Shown here: one piece after another, positions 11,906 through 25,406 of the stretch
How positions within the stretch are numbered: the first letter of the stretch is position 1
How the letters are laid out: the number at the start of each line of letters is the position of its first letter
Assembly: GCF_006345805.1 (NCBI RefSeq)
Contig: NC_043004.1
Span: 22,816,001-22,880,000 of the forward strand
Length of the DNA: 64,000 nucleotides
Direction: 5' to 3'
Source: Octopus sinensis
Lineage: Eukaryota
Notes under the pieces: generated by a model
Told to the model about the DNA's origin: nothing
Databases searched by the model: none
Seen by the model: the letters and a program-made list of their open reading frames with translations, nothing else
Position numbers and translations under genes: made by a program

Positions 11906-11947
11906 GATATCTGAAGAAGGAATGTTTATATACCGAAATATTATATC
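11906..11947 (+). ncRNA. Decayed minimal hammerhead motif within a PLE-like terminus (about 11740-11995)
   Basis: GATAT-CTGAAGA-aggaatgtttatatacc-GAAATATT-ATATC. Perfect stem I; GAAATATT could derive from GAAACGTT by CpG decay. Confidence 0.5.
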
Positions 11948-12543
11948 AAACTATGGATTATTCAATTATAACAGTTAATACAGTCCATTGTTGTGCCATT
12001 CAAAACACATTATTTATATATATTTATATATGTGTGTGTGTGTGTATGTATGTGTGTGTGTGTGTATGTGTGTGTGTGTGTGTGTGAGTGCGTATGTATG
12101 TATGTGTGTTTTTTGTGTGTGTATGTATGTATGTTTTTATGTATGTATGTATGTATGTATGTATGCCTGCGGATATATAAATGTGTGCAGATATCAATCT
12201 AGGATTTTGTGTATGTATATCAAAAATATCCGTTACATTTCTTCATTGTAATTTTGTTGGAAATGCAGCAATGCATACTAAAGGTTATTGGAGTGAAGAA
12301 TATATGAAAACCGCAGCAGTTTGTTTTGAATTTTCCTTACGTACTTACATTTATGCTTTCATAATCTCCGGTAGCGATATTAACAGAAATGTTCTCATGC
12401 ATATGAGCATTTTTCTATTATATTTAACGTGTCAGTTGCTCTCATAATGATCTACATATTACATGTTAAATTTAGTTGGTTGCAGAGATTTCATACATAG
12501 TTATCGTAGTATACAAATAGAGAAAGGGAAATATCAAAGCAAA

Positions 12544-12577
<34 letters not shown>

Positions 12578-12825
12578 GTATATATGTATGAATCCATAAA
12601 GATATAAATATTAATAAAAATAATATAGGTGGCTAGGTAACAAAAATGCCAAAAGGCAAATTTAAAGACAAGGGTCCTAGAAAGCAGCAGCTTTGTTAGA
12701 AATAAGAATCAAGAGACTGAATTGACAACAATAGCACCAAGAGTTAACAAGCTGACGAAATTGGGAGAGCGAGAAAATAGCCAACATACAAAATCCAGGG
12801 GAACTCGCAAATGAAATTGCGTATA

Positions 12826-12882
12826 TCCCTACATCACGTGATTTCGAACTCTGAGATATTTCTCTTAGTTCTCATCAAGGAG
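12826..12882 (-). ncRNA. Degenerate hammerhead motif
   Basis: Minus strand ctcc-TTGATGA-gaact...agttc-GAAA-TCACGTGAT-GTA-ggga. Paired stem II, palindromic stem III region, C3 changed to U. Confidence 0.45.
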
Positions 12883-13694
12883 TCTTGCTGCCTGGGGTTA
12901 AAAGATTACTCACCTGTTCAAACCGTTAAAGACTTGTGCCAAATTCAATAGTAGTAGTATATTATTATAAATAAATAATAATAATATAGGCGGATAGTTA
13001 GGAAAAAACAACAAAAGGCAAATTTATAAACAAGGTTTTGTGTGTGTATATATATATGATACACGTAATTTAAAATTATTAATTATATACTATACACGTG
13101 TGTTTATGTATGTATACATACAATTAATATAGCTAACACTGATAAGATATATATATATATATATATAGCACTTACATATTATATATATATATATATATAT
13201 AAATATATGTACATACAGACATGCACACATATTTATAGATACATACATACATATATATGTATGAATGTATATATATTTATGTACTATGTATGCATGATTG
13301 TATGTATACGTATATGAGTGTGCTAATTTTTTTTCACATATATTTGCGTAAGATCTCTCGTAAGTTATGTCTCTTAAGTTATATGTGTGCACAGTAAGCT
13401 TCTATGCTGCAGAGTTAATGTGTTACTGAAAACCTGGTTGTAATGCGAATTCCCTTAAAGCGAAATAAATTCTACTTTAATTTTCATGATAGAACGAGTG
13501 ATTGTGTTCTAGTGGCTTTCATTTCGAAAAATAGCGATAACAGCATCTTCAAAGCACAAGCTACATAATCCATGTTTTGCATGAAATAACAATTTTTAAA
13601 CACACAAACCACAATATAGATGCATTCTAACATTTGAAATGAAATTAATTACGGGATACATTCGAATCATAATATCGTAATAGTGTAAAGTTAA

Positions 13695-14020
13695 AAAAAG
13701 ACCACCTTTGATCATGAATTGCCATGGTTTTGCACCTAGAAATTTCCCTCCGAGGCACAAATCCAGGTAATATTGTTTGTGGAAGACCAGCAATCGCACA
13801 TGCATACCAGCTACCCCTTTCCACCTCACTGATTTTATCCAGGAGAAAGTCAAAGAACGATACAGAGCATCGCAACTCAGTTCTTCAGCTGGGTGAACTG
13901 GAACACCACGAAATAAAGTGTCTTACTCAATAACACGACACACAGCCTCGCCCCGGAATGGAACTCACTACCTCATGAATGTGAACCCGAAAATCTAATC
14001 ACTGAGCCATGCGCCTTCAC
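13695..14020 (-). mobile_element. tRNA-derived SINE with a distinct body
   Basis: Minus-strand head gtgaaggcgcatggctcagtgattag...gagttccattcc, followed by ttgagtaagacactttatttc. Confidence 0.7.
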
Positions 14021-16689
14021 CATAAAAGATTATGTTGCTACCAAAAGAAAATATTTATATATTATGTGAAGCATGGTGGTTAATTGAGAGCTACTTTGGT
14101 CGTGCAGGACACTAACATGTAACTCATAGTTCGTGATTATCAACATCTACCTGAGGGCCTAATAGCCTATAGTAAATTTTTGACGTTCTCGCGTATAGTC
14201 TCATTGTTCAGCTCACTAGTCTTCTCTTGGTTACATTCACGATTAGATTTGTATAAACTAGCAGTACTTCTTCTATAAGTACCCGATCTTTAGCAATATT
14301 TTAGCAGTCAATTTTAGTGGAATCGTTGGAAATGATGGTTGATTTGCCAGACAGTTAGAAAAATTATTTTAGTGAACTATATAGCTATAAATATACAAAT
14401 ATGGGAACGATATGCTATATCATATATGAAAAGAAGTTCAAAATATAACCATGTTAATAATTAATGATTCGACATTGCTATAAGATTATACGCATATGTT
14501 GTTGTATGGTGAGCTAATATTGTATATATTAGGACAATAATAATTCTCAAAATACTGTTTATATCTAGGATGCTTTACACATTCCAAGTTAACCGCCAAT
14601 ATATAACTGGAAACAAAATCAGGAATAGTTTGAAAAATACAATCTGACTGAATTTCCCCATTCGAATTAACTGTAAGAATACCAGCTGCAAAATATTCTT
14701 GAACGCTTAAAGTAAACATTTTTTTCTGCTATATAGCATTTATAAAAGTAAAATATTGCATAAATATGAGTTACCTTATAACATCTTAAACCTAATCAGC
14801 GGGCACTGAACTGCGATTCCATTAATTTTAACTGTGTATGGCCCAATAACTGCTGCCATTTTGACCGTAAATACGAACACCAAAATAGTGTACATCAGGC
14901 AAGTATAGAAACTAACAAATTCTCTATGATATATATTCTCCTTATTTTAGGTTCTTCACATTCATTTCCAACCTCCATTCTCAAACATTCTGAAATCAAT
15001 GTTCGGTTAACCGCAATCCCCTTTCAAAATTTTCTCTTCACTAACTAACACACAACTAAGAAAATCATGCCACTTGGTCACCACAAATTATTAGGAAATA
15101 GTTTATATATACACCATCGGTTATTAGACACTGTATATTTTCCTTCTTGTCCAAATTAAACATTCAAAGATTTCGAAGATTTTAAAAACCTTGACATAGC
15201 TCAGTAGGAATATCCACATATAACACTTTCATCCATATTCTGAAGATACCTAAATCCTTTTGAACTTATGTCAAGTCTATACATCTAAGTACGGTCCATT
15301 CTCTTAATGCCAAAATTATTCAGCTCTCTGTATCAGTGTTTATTAGTATAGTCATATATATATTCGGTTTGTGCAATCGTTACTTTTCTTATTTGATACT
15401 GCTTTAATGAATTATTTTCTACGACATTGCGTTACCCTATTTGGGCCTTTTGTTCTTTAATATATTCCATTGATACTCATAAAATTAAGCATCTTTTCAA
15501 ACAATTCACTCTGATATACACTAATACATTTCAATAATAGCAGACGATTGAATTTGCTTGCACAACCACACTTTAATGGATAATTCTTTCACATAACCCA
15601 TATTAATCTTTATCAATGCCCGCGTTCAATCTAAATCCACAGCTAACTTCTATTTAACCCACACCTACCTAAATACATTGAAAACAGAAAATTGTTAGTA
15701 GACTATATATAATTATATTTAAATTCACATCCTTCTTTCTATACTTGAGATACTTCTGTAATAATACTTCTCTGCACAGATATTATACAACTCTGATTTA
15801 GAACACGTTTATTATCTCCTTGTAATTTTCTGTCTACATATGATTAAAACTATACATAGACAATTGTTTCTATCATGAAAATTAGAAACTTTCATTTCCC
15901 CTTCATTTCTCTCTTCTGCCATCTCGATCAAAGTCTTAGACAAGAGAATTAATTTAGAATTTGATAAATGTATTTGATAATAGCATCCGACATTAACATT
16001 CGATAATAGTATTAGATAATAGTATAAGATAATAGATTTGATGATCTTACTTGATAATAATATTTTATAATAGTCTCTTGTAATACATTGCTCCTATTGA
16101 AGGAAATAATGTCTAAATTTCTTAAAATTAACTAACTTCAACATTTGGCAACTTGTGTATATTTAACCTTTGAAACTACCATTGTTTAACATTCTGTTAG
16201 AAATAACTTTATTATAAGTAGTGAACGCTTATAAATAATAGGCAAAAACTTTAATTTACTAATTTACATAATATTAATTATATTAATGTCAATCTTTGCC
16301 GCACTGAAAACTAACACCGAGATTAATTGAGTTGAACTTTTAGACATCTGAGGTATTTCTATTTCGATATTTCTCACAAAAGCAGACACCGAATTCTTGT
16401 TGTGATCAAAGCAATGATTTCTAAGAGAAAAGAATCAGAAAAGAATAAAAATAAATTAGATGAGTGTATATTATTTTAATTGACTAAAGATATATTATTT
16501 GTTTTTTTTTATATTTTATTGACTTAAATTGCACGAATAGCTAAGAAAAACCGGATAGAGATTGAACTCAAAATATTGAAAGTGGAGACTAAATAATTGA
16601 TATATTCATAATGGTGCTTTTTCGCAGCCATTAGTTGTTAAACATAAATTGCCCTACTAATATATTATTGTTCATATATACCTTTTCTT

Positions 16690-16778
<89 letters not shown>

Positions 16779-17329
16779 GTGTATGTGTATATATATATTT
16801 GTCTCTTTTTGTCTATCTATCTGTGTATCTATCATTAGCTTTCCCTACCCCTTTCTTACTCTATTACAATTTAAAGTTGACAGAAAATATTGAACTGTCT
16901 GTTAAAAGGTCATACAGAAGTAAGGAAAGAGTCGTGCTGCTTTTAAATATCTTTACCTGTCTATATAATTTACGTATTGATCCTCTACAGATACCTGAAC
17001 AGTGGTTTAAGTTCTGTCATTTTCTACGTAATCGACAACATCTTGCTTTCAATGAAGTACGTGTTCGAATACATTGCAGATGTTTCGTTTTATTTTAGGA
17101 AAGTACAAGTAATTTTATGCCACTAAATTTACTTTACTACTGAGCACACTTATCAATTCGTCTGTGACAGACTAACGCCTATCTATCATATTATGATAAC
17201 TATCACTAATTCAATTATCACAATAACAATGGTACGAAACATGTTTACCACCAGCTGCGCCAACCCACTTTTGCCTGTCCATGATAACACGATACCTATC
17301 ACTAATTCAATTGAGTCAACAGAAGCTAT

Positions 17330-17700
17330 GCATTGACGATTAACAGCTGTTCCTGCCCAAAGCAAATTTGTTATTTTAAATACCAAATTTACCTAACCAT
17401 ATCTCGTTGATAATCTCCTAACTTTTGTATGTTTTTTTTTCTTCTGCTAACCACTATTTATTAGCTTAGTCCAATGAACCACTTTTCTGTGCACCAGGCT
17501 TGAGTTTTTTTTAAGGAATTACTTCTATAAACAGACACAAGCTCTTTCTTTGTCTACGCTTATCCAAACAATAACATTCGAAATGCAAACTGAAAGACCA
17601 TACGTATTTGCTATAGTAAAACCTATCTTCACATCGTCAATGTAAAGACTGAAATACTGCAAGCGCCACGCAATTAACTCACTATTCCACAAACATATGT
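17330..17700 (-). pseudogene. Very old LINE RT remnant
   Basis: Minus-strand YFSLYIDDVKI followed by LKKTQAWCTEKW resembles RT motif C and the following segment. Otherwise unalignable by eye. Confidence 0.3.
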
Positions 17701-20700
17701 TACCAAAATATAATTCAAATTTGTTTACACTTGGAAAATTCCTAGAAAGTAAAGGTAAAGGACTAAAAAAAATATTTTTTATTTCTGTTGGGAAATCAAT
17801 ATTATTTCGAAAAATAACCCTTTGTTATTTTAATCGAAATTAAATTGAATAAAGTTCTCTTCTGTTTTTACTTTCTATTTTATCAGCAACTTTAAATCAA
17901 TTAACGTTGCTTACAGACTTTTGGCTTCACTTTCTGACATATTTCATCTCCCATTTCTCGTTTCTTTTACTTGCTAATAACATGTCACTAGATCTTCTTT
18001 CAAAATTTGACAAGGTTATAATCAATAGTACTAATACGAAGCGCTAACAAGAAAGAATGGTATCATCATCATCATCATCGCCGCCGTCCTCGTCGTCATC
18101 ATCATTATCAGTAATCTAAATCTAAAAGAACACAGCAGCCTTCATTCCTTCATCTAATAAAGCAATCATTACACCATGCTGAATGCACTATAACCACTAT
18201 ACATAAGCGACTTGTTAATTTATTATGTAACTTATCCGAGTGGGGTTTAAAGATTTATCATTTCAGTAATCGCTGGAATCTATAGTATTAGCGTCATGTT
18301 CCTTTTTCTCTGACATTATAAATTAGTCAAATTAGAAATAAATATCATCCTGGGTTGTGGATAACCTCTTTCAGTTAATTAACCTCTAACTACTTTGAGT
18401 CTATTGTTTACGATTAGGTCATATAACGTGGAAAGAATAGAATCTAGAAATGTAATAACTAAGTAACAGAGAGAGAGAGGTGGGGGAGAAGATAAAGTCA
18501 ACCAAGACAACACTCCAAAGTCATTCTACCCGCTAAAAGGTTAGAAGCCATTAATCCCTTATATTCTACCCTAAATTCTTAGAAATTACCACATTATTGC
18601 CCTACACGGTAGAAGAGATTTTCATGTCTGTCTGGAACATCTTTCCCTATAGTTCCTTTGGTTCAGAGTTAAGCTGGTACTTGAGGACAAGATCAAACTA
18701 TAAAGATATATCTCTATGTGAGCTCACGATCGATGCCGTATCCCCACGCTTATTTCATTTCAAGTTAAGAAGGTGTTTAAATGTAAGAAATTGAGATATT
18801 TTGTTTCGAGACAAAAATATGACCAATGTTGTTGTTGTTGATCAGCCAAACGTCAGTCTTATCTGAGTAAATTTAGCATCAAAGTTATTTCTGTTTTGAA
18901 CATCCCACCGATTACTTTGGCTCCGTGAACACGTGTTCTTCAACTCAGTTCTAAGGACGAGAGCTATGGTTTAAAGCCTCTAGTTCTAAAAGGGAATCTC
19001 TATGTGAGGACAACAAAGAAGTTTCTATAGTGATCCCTCTGACTACAAATACAAGATGTTACGCCACCCCTATATATATATATATATATATATTTGGTCA
19101 ATATGCAGGTTTATTGTATAAAAATATATACGTCATATCTGTCCAGTGCTTACTACTTCAATTTTTGCTACTATAAGTTAACAGTTATCTACGTATTATG
19201 CGTGCAATACTTTTCTACGTCATATTAGTTCCGTGTATCGGACTATTTCTCTCGTAAATGTTCGCTATGTAATATGCTTTTGGTACCGAATAATTTTAAT
19301 TTTGCCTTATTAATTTACCTCTAGTCTCTGTTGATGCACATATGTCTCTAATGCTATCCGCCAATACTTATAGCGTGTTTCTTTCCAATTGTGCAGATTC
19401 TGAATACCATTATTCCAGAGTATTTTCAACTGTTAGTGTGAGATATCTTCATTTCCACTTTCTTTTTTAGTTCTACTGTTAGAGAATTAATATCACGTCT
19501 ATATGATATTAAAATGAAGCACTAGTCAAGTGATAGGGGCGGTGTAATCTACTAATCTGGAGAGCTGTCACCCAGCTGGTGAAATTTCTGGTTTAAAACA
19601 TTACTGTTACCATACATTTGTTTATATTTTAACAAGCTGTCTCTGTAATAGTTTCCGTCTTACATCCTCCTATTTAGTGAGTCAGTTGATGGCTCATAAA
19701 AGCACCACCACAACAAGCAATATCATCATCATCTTCGCTATCATCAGTATCAATATCATCATCATAATAATACCTGAGTTGATATTCTACTGAGGTCAAT
19801 TATACATTTCACTCTTTCGGAGCCGATAAAATGAAGTTCCAGTAAAGCTCTCGATTCACTGTAGTTGGAAACGATTTTTTCGGTAGGGAGATAGCAAAAT
19901 CAGTTGCGAGTCGGACAACATGCTAAACAGAGAGTTTTAGTTTGCTTTCCTCTTTATTGCATGTAATGTCCTTGTTGCATTAGTTTCTTTCTTCTGTAAA
20001 GTCTTGTGCGTATGATATTTTCGTGTATGTTTGCGCGTGTGTCTGGTTTTTTGAAATGCTTAGTTTGTTATACATTCATGTCATATTTAGTCGGTAGTCT
20101 TCTTTTATTCTCAATGTGAATTTATTATTACATTTTGTGGTATTTCTCTCTTTCGTGAGATTTTATCATTGTTTATTTTAAATCTCTTTAAGTTTGCATT
20201 TACGTAAGATCGTATTTATATATTCTTCATTTCGTTGTTCGATAAAATATACCGTTTTTACAGTATAAGTCTGTGTTGGATATAATGCTGTTGTGTAAGT
20301 CTCTAACAATTCAATGTAGTGTTCACTGCTACAACGTTATCTTATATTTTGATTTATTTTAGGGCGGAAGTAATAAAAGACGACCGTTTTTTTTTTCTCC
20401 AAATATAACACGAGATAACGCTCATTTTGAATTACACTTTATATACTTTTGTACAATTATCACAATTGGCTGCGCCGGTCATGTTTGTTGCTGTTCGACC
20501 TTGCGGAGGATGTACTTTATTCAAATTTATTCATATTAAATAACGTCCGTTTCCATTTGAAATGTATTTTCATATTAGTTCTAAATCTTTATTTGTTCAT
20601 TAATCTTGTTCGAAAGCTTTACAGTTAAATAATTATTTTACATGTAAGACAGAGACTAAATATCTGTTATATTTATTGTGACGGTCTAAATTTGTTTCGT

Positions 20701-21343
20701 TTATACTTAACAATATTTTTATCACAGTCTTCTTTATCCCACTCGCTTGAGATATTTACATTATACTCTGTATTTTGTAAACAATATATTATCTGTACTA
20801 TATATAATAAAGGAAGCTATCTAGTAATTAATTTCTAGTATGTAAATTTTACTAATAGTAAGCAATTTTAAGATCTACGCTGTCTACAAAATATTTAAAT
20901 ATTCCAATTCTAATGTAATTTTGATGAAAATGGGGTTTTCAATTTTCTTATTTTCTGCGACATAGTCATTATACAAAGCAAGATAATGGTTTTAACATCT
21001 CTTTATATTTAATTTGAAAGAAATATAAAGGTTGCCAAAATATTATAAGTTTAATCAAATTATATTGATTCCAGTATAGTTTCATAATTACTGGGTGTTC
21101 GTAAAAAAATCATAAAATGAAAACTTTTACGGGATTATGTTAAGTCAAAGATAATATTCGATTTCTCCAAAAATTCTAGTGCTTTGTGTTATTAAAACTG
21201 TATTTATTATGATAGAACTATTTGACTAATAAATGATACAAAGGAAAATTAGATGTATCATATCAGAAGAAAGTATAGAAATTGGGAATGAAATGTGCAA
21301 ACATCGTTTGGCAGCAAGCATAAAATCATCCGGATATAATACT

Positions 21344-21580
21344 TATTTCTTTACTACCCACAAGGGGCTAAACACAGAGAGGACAAACAAGGACAGACAT
21401 AGGTATTAAGTCGATTATATCGACCCCAGTGCGTAACTGGTACTTATTTAATCGACCCCGAAAGGATGAAAGGCAAAGTCGACCTCGGTGAAATTTGAAC
21501 TCAGAACGTAACGGCAGACGAAATACGGCTACACATTTCGCCGGACGTTGTTAACGTATCTGCCAGCGCGCCGCCTTTAT
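21344..21580 (-). mobile_element. SINE family A with a 16-bp target-site duplication
   Basis: Flanked by atccggatataatact at 21328-21343 and 21581-21596. Confidence 0.92.
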
Positions 21581-21694
21581 ATCCGGATATAATACTGTTA
21601 ATTTATAATTCTGGATTTGTGTTTGACGATGTTAAATTTTAAAAGTTTTTTACGGAATTGTTAATATCTTCTTAAACATTATTATTATTATTAA

Positions 21695-21906
21695 CGAGGT
21701 GAGCAGGTAGCGTCATTAGCACGCCGGGCGAAATGCTTAGTGGAATTTTGTTGGATGCTACATTTTGAGTTCATATTTCGTCGAGGACGACTTTGCCTTT
21801 CAGCCTTTCGGGGTCAATAAATTTAATAGTGGTGAAGAACTGGGGTCGATGTAATCGACAAGCACCTCCCCCAAATTTTCAGACATTGTGCCTATAGTAC
21901 AAAAGG

Positions 21907-21908
<2 letters not shown>
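21695..21908 (+). mobile_element. SINE family A, head-to-head with the previous copy
   Basis: Family A head and central block, (TTA)n tail. Confidence 0.8.
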
Positions 21909-21952
<44 letters not shown>

Positions 21953-21957
<5 letters not shown>

Positions 21958-22095
21958 TAGTTTTATTTTCATAACGTGCTTTCACTACACTACCGAGCGC
22001 AGCTCTGTGTGCCTTGGGTATGTGCTGTGATTTGTTGTGATGCTCTGATGGTTACTGTATGGAAAGTGTTCTGCGTAGGATGTGGGCAGTGCCTT
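21953..22095 (-). mobile_element. R4/Dong-type retrotransposon extreme 3' end in (TAA)n
   Basis: Minus strand GTAHILRRTLSIQ* plus 3' UTR ending aaaataaaactactgaa(taa)n. Confidence 0.8.
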
Positions 22096-22117
22096 AATAT
22101 TATTATTATTATTATTG

Positions 22118-22182
<65 letters not shown>

Positions 22183-22183
<1 letters not shown>

Positions 22184-22471
22184 TAAAACTCACAGCTTAT
22201 ATTGCTGGTTATGATGGAATGTGTCCGCTGTCCACAGCTAGCAGACTTAAGGTGTCATTTGTTTTAATGGTCATGCTTCAAGAATCCTGCAAAGAATTCT
22301 TGCAGTTCCAAACGATTCTGATTTTTGTAGGAGTTCTAACTTCACACTTGCACCGATCTCTTTCAGCCATGTTGGTATGTGAGTACTGATAGTTCCAATT
22401 GCACCAATTACTATTGGTATCACGTCTACACTCTTCATTGACCACAACCTTCGTATTTCCCACTTTAAGTC

Positions 22472-22472
<1 letters not shown>
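22183..22472 (-). mobile_element. R4/Dong-type 3' end (RLE C-terminus plus UTR) in (TAA)n
   Basis: DLKWEIRRLWSMKSVDVIPIVIGAIGTISTHIPTWLKEIG..LLQKSESFGTARILCRILEA*. Confidence 0.88.
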
Positions 22473-22531
<59 letters not shown>

Positions 22532-22532
<1 letters not shown>

Positions 22533-23090
22533 GTATCGAGTTTGAGATCAGTGCATGTCATCAAAGTTACACTGAGCTAAAATATACGAGCGCAGTATGC
22601 CCATCATGACTACCTGTCTGATAAGAGTACACCAGGCACATGCATCATCACAACCAAATGTGCGCGACGTAGTGATCTCATATCAAGATTACGAGCGCAT
22701 GATCTTGCAGGTGGGTGCCAGTTAGAATTTTCTTCGGGTCGAGTAGCCCATGCCGCTCAAAAGTTCCCTGAATAAGGGTTCCTTAAGTATGTTGAGCTAA
22801 ACATTCATATTTCCAGAGGTAAATTATCCAAACCCTAAAGAATTCCACTCAATACATGGCTATGATGCTCCCCCAATACTCTGCTCGTGTTCAGAAATGA
22901 ACATATCGTCAGCCACTAAAGGCCGTGCTCAACTGGTTATTATGGTCAAACAACTGACATGTGGTATTTCAGAGAATATTTGCTGTAGCCTATAATTTAT
23001 ACCACGACAAAACAATGTACATGATAACACTTCCTAGCAGTTGAGATAAGAAGCCACGAAAGCCACTGTCTGGTACTGCATCAGGGCAGT
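22532..23090. mobile_element. ~560-bp non-coding (TAA)n-associated repeat (family D)
   Basis: Homologous to 31275-31826, 49952-50115 and the termini at 29431-29584. Bounded by (TTA)n. No ORF or tRNA boxes seen. Confidence 0.8.
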
Positions 23091-23480
23091 TATTATTGTT
23101 GCTGCAGTTGTTGTTGTTATTATTATTATTGTTAGTAGTAGTAGTAGTAGTAGTAGTAAGTGGAAATATATTAAATAATTGCTTATTGTTAAAGAAAGCG
23201 TCTTAGAGTTAAATTTTAATTTGTGAAATGAAGAGTTAGAAATTCGAATATCATAAATTGTATCATAAATAATTAATGAATTATCGAAAGATAAACACTT
23301 TCTTTCCATTTCGTTAGATTCTCCTTAGCAACGTTTAGTTAGAAATGCGCATTAAATTTGTGTAATATGTGGGAAGATATTTCGCTCACGCACACCAATA
23401 TCAGCACAGTAAACACAAACACACGCATACAAACCGACATGCACATATACTGAAACACACATAGATACATATTGCCGCAT

Positions 23481-23523
<43 letters not shown>

Positions 23524-23689
23524 GCATGTAATCTTATGGGTATATGTGTGCGAGTATGTGTATTTACATATATGCTGAGTGAAAGTTAATATTTTGTTAG
23601 TTTTAGAAACGGGAAAAGTAAAAAAAAAAATATGCTAATATAAATATCTGAGTAGGTGTGTGTATACATTTTTGTATTTGTATATCCTT

Positions 23690-24440
23690 TATCAAAGCCA
23701 TCCCGTGTTCATCTCACTTACCCCAGCGCTTACTGTCGTTACATTGATGACTGGTTGCGGGGCCGCATCTCTCTCCAGCAAACATAGATCCCTTCATATC
23801 CTCCATAAGCTCCTTTTGCTCCTCCGTCATTCGACCATTCCATATTTACTGTCTCAACATATGTTTTGTGCAAACCATTTGAATCCCACCTCACGTCAAG
23901 TACATACACACTATTCCTAGTTTCTCCATCTTTACCGTTTCTGTACCTGTACCTACAACCATGACTTTCAGACTGAGGCTCAACATGTGGCCAGTCTCCT
24001 TACTGGAGGCTGTTACACTCTCAATTTCCTATGCCCTTGCCATTAAGCAAATGTCAGCCGTTAAACTCTTATCCCGAATCCATTTTGCCCCATTTCGTTT
24101 CTCCTAACCTACCATTTCAGCAAGCTGCTCCCATAATGCTTCTTTTGCCACCAACAACTCGACAATTTGACTTTGCCTTGTTTCGTTTCTTCATTCCCAC
24201 ACCCGTTCCCTCTTTTAAGCCTGCTAGTAACCTACACCACACCGCCTCCTTCACCTTACAATGAAATTTCCCTAATCCAATTACTGGTGCCACACCTCTT
24301 TATTTTACAAAACATTCACGTTATCGTCGTGATCACCAAGCTGGTTACTTCAACCAAAATATCCATATAATCGGTCTGGCCTTAAACATCAAAGGCATCG
24401 CGATGAAACAGAACAGAAGCTAGTCTTCTCTCAAACTATG
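23690..24440 (-). mobile_element. Possible decayed LTR-retrotransposon (gag-like) fragment
   Basis: Purine-rich minus strand with composition like the Gypsy region at 57500-58200. No intact motif. Confidence 0.25.
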
Positions 24441-24469
24441 CACACGTCTTCACTTACATAAATTACAAA

Positions 24470-24589
24470 TATATTATTTACATTTGACGGATATTTGTCC
24501 TCATCTTGCTTGTTGTTAACACATTTCATCAGGTGTCTTGGGGAAATAGGTTCTCATCCCTACGGCAATTTTTGATGTTTTTGTTGTTG

Positions 24590-24623
<34 letters not shown>

Positions 24624-25041
24624 GATTATTATTATTATTATATTATTATTATTATTCATGTCACTGCCTGGAATCCAACTCGGAATCTTGGGATAGTAGC
24701 CCGCGCACTTTATCACTACGTCATATGCCTGTGGGCAATTCTGGAGTGAATTATCAGGGCTTATATATCTAATATTCTTCTATCCTTCCTTAATACCGGT
24801 TCCCATATGCTACTCATATCTACACTCGGTCTGCTAAGTGGTTGTTGTGTCCTAGCGTATATGCTGCTTCTTTTAGTTTTCCTATTTTCCAGTGGTGTTC
24901 TCTGTCTATTATTTTAACTTCATCCCACAGGGGGAGGTGGTCTCCATGTATCCATACATGATCAGCTATACTCGATTTATCCATCTCCTCATGTCACATT
25001 ACAGCTTTGCGATGTTCCTCTACCCTTATTTTGAGGGGGTG
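24470..25041 (-). mobile_element. Penelope-like element 3' part: GIY-YIG C-terminus, tRNA-like cassette, (TAA)n, collapsed hammerhead
   Basis: 25041-24780 translates HPLKIRVEEHRKAVM*HEEMDKSSIADHVWIHGDHLPLWDEVKIIDREHHWKIGKLKEAA. tRNA-like segment at 24729-24659. gacac-CTGATGA-AAT-gtgtt at 24537-24518. Confidence 0.8.
24659..24729 (-). other. tRNA-derived (pseudo-tRNA) Pol III cassette
   Basis: ggcatatgacgtagtgataaagtgcgcgggctactatcccaagattccgagttggattccaggcagtga. Degenerate A box (TGACGTAGTGA) and B box (GTTGGATTCC) at tRNA spacing. Not a functional tRNA. Confidence 0.65.
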
Positions 25042-25152
25042 TTCTTACTTATTTTTTAACCATCATTCCATTGTTTTCGCCTTTTTTGTTTATAACAAAC
25101 TAGTTCTACACCACCCTCCATTTCTACATCATTTTTTGTTTGTTTTATTTTT

Positions 25153-25188
25153 GGTTCTGATGAAAGACTAAAGTTTGAAATGTCAAGG
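25153..25188 (+). ncRNA. Degenerate minimal hammerhead motif
   Basis: ggtt-CTGATGA-a-agac-taaa-gttt-GAAATGTC-aagg. Core intact, stem I reduced to 2 bp. Confidence 0.45.
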
Positions 25189-25343
25189 CATTTTCTCTTT
25201 CAATTAAAGCTTTAAGCCAATACCTTATTCATCACAATTCTTTTTCCTGCGTTGCCTGATTTTATATTATTACACGTGTGTGTGTATGTGTGATTGTGCA
25301 TGTGTGTACGTGTGTAAGGTGCGCATTTAATGATAGATAGGTT

Positions 25344-25344
<1 letters not shown>

Positions 25345-25406
<62 letters not shown>
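25345..25406 (+). repeat. (GATA)n microsatellite
   Basis: About 15 perfect units. Confidence 0.95.

Noticed and set aside
23030-23090. U2 snRNA similarity in the family D end (ctggtactgca; atgcagtac loop)
   Set aside because: Only short, discontinuous matches on conflicting strands. Not supportable without a covariance-model search.
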